From the IMG/VR virus record IMGVR_UViG_3300042878_000174, positions 1 through 63,168 of that record: a DNA stretch of 63,168 nucleotides. One strand, given 5' to 3'. The translations under genes were made by a program, and so were the position numbers. The notes below the pieces were generated by a model. The model was not told the DNA's origin, did not search any database, and saw nothing but the letters and a program-made list of their open reading frames with translations. Below, in pieces: positions 25,501 to 32,803 of the stretch (positions are counted from its first letter, which is position 1; each line of letters starts with the position of its first letter). Origin of the DNA: a virus. Taxonomy: Duplodnaviria; Caudoviricetes.

Positions 25501-25960
25501 GCCTGTACTCCCTGTTATAAGCCTCTAGCTTTCCCCTTTGGTGAATGTTTGAACAAAGCACAGCCTTACCGTGGTCATAACCAAAGTTCGCACTGTGCTG
25601 TGATTTCCCCTTCGGAGCCATGTCATCACCTCGCACTAACCCAGACTATTTCAACCACCGCGCTCTAGGTTTCGCCCACGCTCCCTGCTTTGGCTTGCTC
25701 GTGTAACAGGGTATTTAACAGGCGACCACCGACGTACCGCATCGCTTGCGAGTTGTCGTAGGAGGGGGTGAGACTAGGACTGCTTCACATAAAGCAGTGT
25801 GTTTCAAAACGAAAGGAAGTCACAATGGCGCTAACCCATTGCACAGTCCTAGTCTCAAAATGACAAAAGCCGTTACAACTGCCCTCGGTAGGAACCCAAA
25901 GGTAAAGACCAAGGGCGAGAGCATGTGTAACGGCTTTAAATCATTGCTTCCTACGGCAAC
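25500..25960 (-). ncRNA. Long multi-domain structured leader / ncRNA
   Basis: No credible ORF; long stems GAGACTAGGACTG/CAGTCCTAGTCTC, AAAGCCGTTACA/TGTAACGGCTTT, CCCTGTTA/TAACAGGG, AGCACAG/CTGTGCT. Confidence 0.65.
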
Positions 25961-25966
25961 GATTGA

Positions 25967-25997
25967 ATTATAAGCACAACTAATTGGGTTGTGTCAA
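25967..25997 (-). promoter_or_regulatory. Consensus sigma70 promoter with 19-bp spacer containing a dyad
   Basis: TTGACA (25997-92), TATAAT (25972-67), CACAAC-N7-GTTGTG between them. Confidence 0.7.
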
Positions 25998-26019
25998 GCG
26001 GTATCAAAAATATTTTTTA

Positions 26020-26183
26020 AGGTACGTCTCGGCGGGTTTTAGGTACGTCTCGGCGGGTGCGTTTAAACATCAGCAGGTGAACCCGGCGGAGCATTTTGGT
26101 GCGTTTAAACACCAACCAGCAAACCCGGCAGGCCGAAATTCTTCGGAAAAGCCGAAAACGGAACTGACAAAACTGACGAAACT
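26020..26183. repeat. Phased direct repeats, candidate replication origin
   Basis: AGGTACGTCTCGGCGGGT at 26020 and 26041; GGTGCGTTTAAACA at 26056 and 26098; AACCCGGC at 26080 and 26122; AACTGAC at a ~9-10 bp interval near 26162. Confidence 0.65.
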
Positions 26184-26231
26184 CCTTATAATCAAGGTTC
26201 TCTCTCCTCTCAGCAGTTGCCTTTGTTGAGA

Positions 26232-26669
26232 TTAGCCCCGTCTGGTTCGCTTGACGGGGCCTTTTTTTGGCGCTACCTCAGGGATCTTTTCAATGATCAT
26301 CTCTGTGCGGGGGTTCTCAGGGTCTAGCCCCCAGTAGCAATGCCTCTCTTTAACCTGACGATCGTTCTCATATATAAGACCCTGCATCAGGTCTAGGATC
26401 AGGCTCTCATCCAAGTCGGGTCGCCTTGAGGCGTAATAAATATGCAGAGTAATCCGCAGATCCCCTGTCATTAGTGTAGCTAACGGCTTGCACTGTTGTT
26501 TAAAAACATCAGAGTAACTTAATGCTTTCTTAGACTTAATCAGTCTAGACATACCACCGAAGCGTACAACCCTCCTCGAATTTGCTTTCGAAGCTGGCTC
26601 ACCAAAAATAATTTGTGATAGCACTTGCAATTCTGATGTAACATCACTATCATTGTAGTTCGGATTCAT
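26232..26669 (-). CDS. rusA: RusA-like Holliday junction resolvase
   Basis: GEPASKANSR, RRPDLD, ILDLMQG.IYENDRQV, D.ENPR.E; start reassigned to ATG at 26669. Confidence 0.85.
   Translation of the reverse strand: MNPNYNDSDVTSELQVLSQIIFGEPASKANSRRVVRFGGMSRLIKSKKALSYSDVFKQQCKPLATLMTGDLRITLHIYYASRRPDLDESLILDLMQGLIYENDRQVKERHCYWGLDPENPRTEMIIEKIPEVAPKKGPVKRTRRG
26625..26653 (+). promoter_or_regulatory. Sigma70-like promoter for the recombination operon with spacer palindrome
   Basis: TTGCAA-17 bp-TATCAT; TGATGT-A-ACATCA at 26634-46. Confidence 0.6.
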
Positions 26670-26688
26670 AAACAACCTTGGAGAGAAG

Positions 26689-27567
26689 ATGAAGATAACC
26701 AACAAACAGAATCTGCCCGCACCCATAGTGGCTTTAGTCTCACGTAACTACTACAGTAAAGGCGCTTCACAGTATAGCGTTACTGAGTTAATGTCGCCAC
26801 CAAAGATTAGAAGGTTACGCGAACAGTACGATTCAGAGATGGAGATTGACGTGACTAAGCTGATCGCATCTCAGCTAGGCACATTCATGCACGGCAAGCT
26901 TGAGGCCAAAGAGTGTGAGGGCTACACCAACGAGGAACGCATCTTTACGGAAGTCGATGGCGTGGTGATCAGCGGAGCGATTGATCTGCAACAACAAGTC
27001 GAGGGCGGGGTAGTGATCATTGATTACAAGTTTGTCAAGGCTTGGTCAGTGATGCAAGCTATGGCACGTAACAAAGATGACTGGGAGATTCAACTAAACA
27101 TCTACAAGTGGCTTGTGGAGTCGGTCAAACGTGTGCCAGTCAAGGGCTTGCAGATCTGCGCGATCATCAAAGACTACACGCCCCACTCTGCTCAGGACAA
27201 CTATCCCGAAGCTGAGGCCGTGATGATTGACATCCCAATGTGGGACTCTGTAACCACAGAGGCCTACGTCCGTAAGCGTTTAGAGATGCACCGCAATGCC
27301 AAGGTGAATCATGAGTTTGGTGAGGAGCTACAGGCTTGCACCGATGAGGAAAGATGGATGAGCGAAACCGTCTTTGCTGTAAAGAGAGAAGGACGCAAGT
27401 CTGCGATCCGTTTATTTCAAACCATAGAAGAAGCCACAGAGTTGGCAGAAAAGGAAAAAGGCTATGTCGAAACCCGCCAAGGAGAACCCAAGCGCTGCAC
27501 AGGAGATTTCTGTGGAGTCAGCAAGTGGTGTAAACAGTACCAAGGAGAAATCAATGTCACCGCATGA
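26689..27567 (+). CDS. PD-(D/E)XK RecB/Cas4-like exonuclease
   Basis: YSVTEL, GT..H, E.RI, SGAIDL, IIDYK, QLNIY, C-terminal RC...FC....WC.QY. Confidence 0.85.
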   Translation: MKITNKQNLPAPIVALVSRNYYSKGASQYSVTELMSPPKIRRLREQYDSEMEIDVTKLIASQLGTFMHGKLEAKECEGYTNEERIFTEVDGVVISGAIDLQQQVEGGVVIIDYKFVKAWSVMQAMARNKDDWEIQLNIYKWLVESVKRVPVKGLQICAIIKDYTPHSAQDNYPEAEAVMIDIPMWDSVTTEAYVRKRLEMHRNAKVNHEFGEELQACTDEERWMSETVFAVKREGRKSAIRLFQTIEEATELAEKEKGYVETRQGEPKRCTGDFCGVSKWCKQYQGEINVTA

Positions 27568-28243
27568 TTTACTTAAGCTTAACGTCAACGAGCACACCGA
27601 AAAGAAGAATGGCCTTACGTACCTTTCATGGGCGTGGGCATGGGCTGAGGCTCTTAAGGCCGACTCCACTGCATCATTCATTGTCCACACGTTCGCTGAC
27701 AAACCTTACATGGATGTCAACGGCACAGGCATGGTATGGGTCACCGTCACTATGTTTGGCCAAGGCCGTACATGCATGTTGCCAGTGATGAACCACCGTA
27801 ACCAACCTATCCAAAGCCCTGACGCTTTCCAAGTCAACACGGCCATCATGCGTTGCATGACCAAAGCGCTTGCCTTGCATGGACTTGGCCTGTACATCTA
27901 TTCGGGAGACGATCTTCCGCAGTCAGACGATGCCCCTACCACCATGGGCGAATTGACTAAAAAGGAAGATGGGCCGAAGTACGAAAAGATCATTGCCAAG
28001 ACTGCGCCTAAGAAGACGATTCAGCCCACTACATGGGATCCGTCTGATGAGAGCCGTAAGTTGTTTACCGAAGGAATGATTGAGTGGACGACCCACTGCA
28101 CCACAGTAGCAGGTTTAAACAGCTACTGGAAGAGCAATGAACTTCAGCTTGATTCGCTGAAGGAAACGCACCCTCCTCTGTACGAGGAGATCTTAAGCCG
28201 CTTCAAAACCTTGAAGCTACAACTAACTGAGGAAACAAAATGA
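27554..28243 (+). CDS. sak: Sak (Rad52-like, DUF1071) single-strand annealing protein
   Basis: NVNEHTEKKNGLTYLSWAWAW, LPVMNHRN, NTAIMRCMTKALALHGLGLYIYSGDDLP; AAGGAG RBS before ATG at 27554. Confidence 0.88.
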   Translation: MSPHDLLKLNVNEHTEKKNGLTYLSWAWAWAEALKADSTASFIVHTFADKPYMDVNGTGMVWVTVTMFGQGRTCMLPVMNHRNQPIQSPDAFQVNTAIMRCMTKALALHGLGLYIYSGDDLPQSDDAPTTMGELTKKEDGPKYEKIIAKTAPKKTIQPTTWDPSDESRKLFTEGMIEWTTHCTTVAGLNSYWKSNELQLDSLKETHPPLYEEILSRFKTLKLQLTEETK

Positions 28244-28557
28244 GTACATACGCAAAGAAACCTTTCGAGACACGCCCCGATTCGGGAAATCTGTTTGCCG
28301 AGCCAGTCAAGAAGACTACCCTGTCTCCTGACTACTCAGGCACGATCGCCCTTAACTTGAAGGACATGACGGCCATCAAGACCGAGAACGGCCTGACCAT
28401 CATCAAGCTATCCGGTTGGAAGAACGTCAGCCCAACCAGTGGCAAGACCTACTTGGCCTTGAAAGTAAACCGCTTTGTTCCCGAAGAGCAAGGCAGTCCC
28501 CGCCATGAGAACCAAGCCCAACAATTCCCTGTCGATGACAACGAAGTCCCATTCTAA
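28240..28557 (+). CDS. Putative ssDNA-binding protein
   Basis: SG.LF, PDYSG, LSGW, acidic C-terminal DDNEVPF; follows Sak. Confidence 0.65.
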   Translation: MSTYAKKPFETRPDSGNLFAEPVKKTTLSPDYSGTIALNLKDMTAIKTENGLTIIKLSGWKNVSPTSGKTYLALKVNRFVPEEQGSPRHENQAQQFPVDDNEVPF

Positions 28558-28566
28558 GGAGAGATC

Positions 28567-28938
28567 ATGATTAACAAAGCAAAACAAATACGAGAGTTTA
28601 AAGAAGCCAATCCTTCTGCACCCATCAATAAAATTGCGGATGCATGTAACGCAACGGTTGCTTATGTGTACCAAGTGTTGCATAAGGTAAAAGTTAAAAA
28701 GGCAAAGCCGGTAGCTACACCACCCACTGCCGGTCAAGACGTGCTGCGTAAAGAGATCACTCGTTTAAACAACGAGATTGATAAATGGAAAAATGCTGCT
28801 GAGTTTCAAGAGCGTCGAGCCAATGAATGTTTGAAGCACAACCGAGAACTGAAGCTTCACCACAACGGCCTTGAGTATGTGATCTCTTACCTTGAGTCAC
28901 GCCTTGGTATCAAAGAACAAGATGGCACTACAGTTTGA
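28567..28938 (+). CDS. HTH plus coiled-coil protein
   Basis: KAKQIRE...NP......IADA......YVYQV; AAGGAG RBS. Confidence 0.65.
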   Translation: MINKAKQIREFKEANPSAPINKIADACNATVAYVYQVLHKVKVKKAKPVATPPTAGQDVLRKEITRLNNEIDKWKNAAEFQERRANECLKHNRELKLHHNGLEYVISYLESRLGIKEQDGTTV

Positions 28939-29314
28939 AGCCCGTAAGGTAGCGCTCAAGCAAGACCGCACAGGTTTTATCTTGACGCTTGCTCTGCACC
29001 CTGACGAAGTACCGGAAGAGATTCTGCGTGACTTTGTTGGGGCGAGGTATGCCTGTGCGGTGGTTCGCATCCAAGATGATGAGTCACCCACGCCATACGA
29101 CAACCGAGTTCAAAAGGCCGGAATGCTTTGCCGTGACCCTGACTTCCAAGAGTTCTTGTCATGCGACAACGAGATAGACGCAACCCACTTGCTGTCTAAA
29201 CGCTGTGGTATTGAATCAAGAACGGAGCTTCATGGCAATGTAGAAGCCAAAGCTAAGTTTGATTTACTCATCCGTTCATACGAGAAAACGAAGGTAATTG
29301 ATGACCCATTTTAA
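28922..29314 (+). CDS. Conserved phage hypothetical protein
   Basis: FEA.KVALKQDRTG, LRDFVGARY, AGMLCRD..F, GI.SR.EL. Confidence 0.7.
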   Translation: MALQFEARKVALKQDRTGFILTLALHPDEVPEEILRDFVGARYACAVVRIQDDESPTPYDNRVQKAGMLCRDPDFQEFLSCDNEIDATHLLSKRCGIESRTELHGNVEAKAKFDLLIRSYEKTKVIDDPF

Positions 29315-29609
29315 GAAGTTTAAACCGTTCATGACGTATGTGTCGGAAGACGAACATCTACGCATGAAGAAGTTTGCAAAGCTTAAGAAGATCACGATGG
29401 CTCAAATGATTCGGGAGGCGATTGACAGTCGCCTGTCCACTGGGGATCCATACACATCAGGGTTCAACGCAGGGATTGAGAAGGCCATAGCCGTGGTCAA
29501 TCAAAACAATGCGGCCAAGATGAGGTTCCCGTCAGGCAAATCATTTGCTGAACTGATTATCGAAGAGCTTTCGGTCGAACGCAGATTAGAGGTTCCCAAT
29601 GAAACTTAG
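29301..29609 (+). CDS. Ribbon-helix-helix-like DNA-binding protein
   Basis: FMTYVS......MKKFA.....TMAQMIREAID. Confidence 0.6.
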   Translation: MTHFKKFKPFMTYVSEDEHLRMKKFAKLKKITMAQMIREAIDSRLSTGDPYTSGFNAGIEKAIAVVNQNNAAKMRFPSGKSFAELIIEELSVERRLEVPNET

Positions 29610-29814
29610 TGGATCAAGGAATCAATGCACTGGCTGTAATGAATATTTCAACAGCAACAAAGCCTTTGACAGACATCGAACCGGAGAGCATGGCAAAGAC
29701 CGAAGATGCCGCACACCAGACGAAATGATTGCCAAAGGCATGTCAAAGAACCCCGCTGGATTTTGGATTACAGAACTTATGTTGGAGAGATTTCATGAAA
29801 ACGACACCGTATAA
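29599..29814 (+). CDS. Small zinc-binding protein (FDxHR type)
   Basis: CTGC..YF....AFDRHRTG......RC; GAGGT RBS. Confidence 0.7.
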   Translation: MKLSGSRNQCTGCNEYFNSNKAFDRHRTGEHGKDRRCRTPDEMIAKGMSKNPAGFWITELMLERFHENDTV

Positions 29815-29998
29815 CACTGGCAAGGTCTTGATTGGATGCATGTATGAGCAACCGGCTCCTGAGGTCACGCCTGAGGAACTGTGGGTTCAATCCACTCTAT
29901 TAGGCAATTCACCGCATGACGAAGATTTGATTTGGACGTGTATCTGCTCAGTGGCAATCATATTGATTGTGCTCATCATGAATGTTTACACGCCATGA
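29795..29998 (+). CDS. Hypothetical protein with C-terminal TM helix
   Basis: TPYNTGKV.IG..Y motif; hydrophobic C-terminus; GGAG RBS. Confidence 0.65.
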   Translation: MKTTPYNTGKVLIGCMYEQPAPEVTPEELWVQSTLLGNSPHDEDLIWTCICSVAIILIVLIMNVYTP

Positions 29999-30201
29999 AG
30001 TCAAAAGCTGTTTTGGAGTTTGATTATCCTGACGATGAGACTCAACTGCTGTTTGCCTTGAAGGGTGTAGACATGTACGCAACACTGGCCAACATCAAGC
30101 TGGCCATTACACGTGAGTTTAAACACAAGGCAGACATGGAAGCCGCGTTGCTGCGAGTCAGAGAACTGACGGACGAAATGTTGGCCGAACTAAATAAATA
30201 A
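29995..30201 (+). CDS. Hypothetical protein
   Basis: MKSKAVLEFDYPDD; ATGA overlap. Confidence 0.65.
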   Translation: MKSKAVLEFDYPDDETQLLFALKGVDMYATLANIKLAITREFKHKADMEAALLRVRELTDEMLAELNK

Positions 30202-30213
30202 GGAGAAGAACAC

Positions 30214-30417
30214 ATGAAGCCCTTGAGTGAAACAACTGCACGAACAACCATCGGCATGATGCGTTCAATAGCAAGCCACAAACCAATTAGTCCGTTTCAT
30301 TTAATGGCGGCTGATGAGATGGAGCGTTTACTTAACGAAGTATTGGAATACAGGAAACCAAATGAAAGTCAGAATAAACAAACACCTAATCCTCGCAAGA
30401 GTGCAAGCAAACAATAG
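30214..30417 (+). CDS. Hypothetical protein
   Basis: TAAGGAG RBS; AADEMERL motif. Confidence 0.6.
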   Translation: MKPLSETTARTTIGMMRSIASHKPISPFHLMAADEMERLLNEVLEYRKPNESQNKQTPNPRKSASKQ

Positions 30418-30523
30418 GTATCGTTGGTTTGTGATGCCCATGATTAAGGCCTCAGAGCAAAAGCGGATCACCAACGAGAAGATCAAAGCAATGGTAGACA
30501 AAGCCTTTCCGGAGTTAGCATGA
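30362..30523 (+). CDS. Hypothetical protein
   Basis: AGGA RBS before ATG at 30362; stop overlaps next start. Confidence 0.5.
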   Translation: MKVRINKHLILARVQANNRYRWFVMPMIKASEQKRITNEKIKAMVDKAFPELA

Positions 30524-31722
30524 CAACCCTAGCATATTCACTCATAGACAAAGTTCGCAGCTTCATCAACCATCTGTTTAAACACTTTAGAACAACAAGT
30601 GTTAAGCCTGAAGTTCCACCCAAAGTTTTACCTGAGGTTCAACCTGAGGTTAAGTTTGAGGCTCCTGTAGCAGTGGAGCCACGTCAGCCCCGCAAATACG
30701 ACAAAGAAAAGAAACAGGATTTCTCAGACCTACTGGATCGACTGGAACACACATTTAATAATGTAAAGCTTCCAACCATGAGCGGATCTTGGATCCCAAA
30801 GGATTCAGTTGTTGGCCTAAAGAAGCTTGGTGTCCATGTGCCAAATCCATTCTTAGTGTCGTGGGATGATGAGACTAAAGTGGTGGATGTAACTAAGCCG
30901 CTACCGGCAATCATGTGCATCTCTGCATCGTGCGAAGAAACTATAAATACTAAGAAAAAATTCTTTGCAAAATTTGTATTTGCTATCAAAATGAAAAAGC
31001 TACCTTGGCACGTATCACAGGCATCTGGTGTTCCGTACCAATTTGGAATGTCTTTTGATTACCGTGGCAAGTTATTGTGGGTCAATATGTACATTACCGT
31101 CAACAAAAAGACGGGGGTCATAAGTTTCTGCGATGAACTAAGAACCATAGCGCATACAGTTCCGGCAAAAAATCCAAACTCCCGCAAGGCAAACGGCCAA
31201 TCATCCGTTTTTTATAAAAAATCTTGGAGTCCGGCAGAGTATCTGGAAGATGAAGAGAGATCAATTCAGGAGTGCAAAGTTATTGCTCAGAACTATTTTG
31301 TTGCGGCACACGACTGGTGGTCAGAGCGAGAAAACCGTTGGAATGTTATTGTCAAAAAGAACGGTGATCGCGTAACCTTTGGCGTAAACAATGACCAGAC
31401 CCCGTATTATTTCAAGGACAGAGACAAGAGCATCCGGACACCATCAGGCCAAGCCAAAAAGATTGTGCATTACGTCAAGGAGCATGAACGAAAGTATGGC
31501 GACAAAACAACGGTAGTTAAAGAACACATCCGTGGTTTACAGGAGTTTGAGTGGGCAGGCTATGAATGCCACGTTGTTTCACCAAGGCTTCAAGCGGGCA
31601 CGGCGGCAACGTTTACGGCGGCATCAACAATGCTTGAGGATGATCAAGAGACAAGCGAACTCATTTACCTTAGCAAGCTTGGGAAAATATTGGCAGATAA
31701 CGAAGAAAGGCAGGCAGCATGA
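30520..31722 (+). CDS. Hypothetical 400-aa protein
   Basis: Long ORF with GGAG RBS; HYVKEH.R.....VKEHIRG motif near the C-terminus. Confidence 0.75.
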   Translation: MTTLAYSLIDKVRSFINHLFKHFRTTSVKPEVPPKVLPEVQPEVKFEAPVAVEPRQPRKYDKEKKQDFSDLLDRLEHTFNNVKLPTMSGSWIPKDSVVGLKKLGVHVPNPFLVSWDDETKVVDVTKPLPAIMCISASCEETINTKKKFFAKFVFAIKMKKLPWHVSQASGVPYQFGMSFDYRGKLLWVNMYITVNKKTGVISFCDELRTIAHTVPAKNPNSRKANGQSSVFYKKSWSPAEYLEDEERSIQECKVIAQNYFVAAHDWWSERENRWNVIVKKNGDRVTFGVNNDQTPYYFKDRDKSIRTPSGQAKKIVHYVKEHERKYGDKTTVVKEHIRGLQEFEWAGYECHVVSPRLQAGTAATFTAASTMLEDDQETSELIYLSKLGKILADNEERQAA

Positions 31723-31928
31723 TTGAAGAGCGTTTAAACATATGGGAGCGTGCGCTGGGATGGCGCAAGCGGCAGATGATCATGAAGCAACTGGATCCTG
31801 TAAGCAATCAGATTAGGAACAACACCTTGGAAGAGGTGGCTAAGGAGTTTGAGGCTATGAAAAACGGTGGCGACACTACGTCAAGCTTTGCCGCTTATGT
31901 AAGGAGTATGAAGCGTGCCCAGACCTAA
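31719..31928 (+). CDS. Hypothetical protein
   Basis: RNNTLEEVAKEF....GDT..SFAAYVR.MK; ATGA overlap. Confidence 0.65.
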   Translation: MIEERLNIWERALGWRKRQMIMKQLDPVSNQIRNNTLEEVAKEFEAMKNGGDTTSSFAAYVRSMKRAQT

Positions 31929-32103
31929 GCCACCTATGCCACTTAAGCCACGTAACATGCGTATGTCTGACCTTGAGTGGTTGATGTTTCAAGAACTGGG
32001 CGGGGCTGACTGGCTCCGCAAATTTGTAAAGACCAAAGCAAAGTTCCCGGCACAGCACTACATGTTTAAACTAAAGGAAGAAGATGATAAACAGAGCAGA
32101 TGA
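31915..32103 (+). CDS. Small putative DNA-binding protein
   Basis: MPRPKPP.PL..R.MRMSD.EW......GGA.WLR; AAGGAG RBS. Confidence 0.6.
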   Translation: MPRPKPPMPLKPRNMRMSDLEWLMFQELGGADWLRKFVKTKAKFPAQHYMFKLKEEDDKQSR

Positions 32104-32314
32104 TTACCAAGTTGATGGCGACCATTACAAAACCATGGATATGCAACCATGGGAGGTCATGGAGTCAGTCCTAACACCTGAGGAGTTCGTGGGCTTCCTT
32201 AAGGGCAACGTCATCAAGTACGCCATGAGAGCCGGACGCAAGGAGGGTACTGACGACGCAGAGAAAGCCCGTCACTACGCCAAGAAGCTGGCAGAGTTTC
32301 AGGCATTCCTATGA
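32084..32314 (+). CDS. DUF3310 / SaV-like protein
   Basis: QV.GDHY....QPW......GFLKGNVIKY..R.G.K...D.EKA.HY. Confidence 0.8.
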   Translation: MINRADDYQVDGDHYKTMDMQPWEVMESVLTPEEFVGFLKGNVIKYAMRAGRKEGTDDAEKARHYAKKLAEFQAFL

Positions 32315-32520
32315 ACGAGTGTAAACAGGAGTACTGCGATTTTGTTGGCAGCAAGGCGTTCGAAGACGACGGAGGCTGGAGCTACGAGGTTTGGCAGGCA
32401 GCCCAGCAGGCTGCGTTTAAACGACTAGCTGAACGATTCCGCAGCTACGGCAACATCGACTACACCGGCAAAGAGATTGCTCAGTACATTGAATTTATAA
32501 GTAAACAAGATGTACCGTAA
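32311..32520 (+). CDS. Hypothetical protein
   Basis: ATGA overlap; YEVWQAA motif. Confidence 0.6.
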   Translation: MNECKQEYCDFVGSKAFEDDGGWSYEVWQAAQQAAFKRLAERFRSYGNIDYTGKEIAQYIEFISKQDVP

Positions 32521-32803
32521 CAGGAAACTGCTTGACCTTGTACGAGACTGCCCTTGTCAGAGGTGCGGGGCTGAGGATGGGACGGTTGTAGCCGCCCATT
32601 CTAACCAACAACGCGATGGCAAGGGCATGGGCATCAAGGCTCACGACTACCGGATCGCGGCCTTGTGCCACACATGCCATATGCTCATAGACCAAGGCAA
32701 AGACTTTGGCAAGCAGGCTAGGTTTGATGCGTGGGATGAAGCCCATCGAAAGACCATTGGATGGCTATTCGAGGCGGGTCATCTCACATTACATTCGCCC
32801 TGA
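32510..32803 (+). CDS. DUF1364/YbcO-like His-Me (HNH-like) protein
   Basis: YRNRKLL....CQ.CG...TVVAAH.N...GKGMGIKA.D...A.LC..CH..ID. Confidence 0.75.
   Translation: MYRNRKLLDLVRDCPCQRCGAEDGTVVAAHSNQQRDGKGMGIKAHDYRIAALCHTCHMLIDQGKDFGKQARFDAWDEAHRKTIGWLFEAGHLTLHSP

Noticed and set aside
25770-25856. tRNA gene
   Set aside because: Cloverleaf-like but no T-loop GTTC, D-loop GG or CCA end, and the closing stem is 13 bp.
25746-26229. ORFs 25746-25973 and 25984-26229 on the + strand
   Set aside because: No RBS, non-ATG starts, and they overlay RNA stems, a promoter and DNA repeats whose 21/42-bp periods keep the frame open.
26689-27567. Cas4-like nuclease as evidence of a CRISPR system
   Set aside because: No array or other cas genes; it sits with Sak and SSB as a recombination exonuclease.
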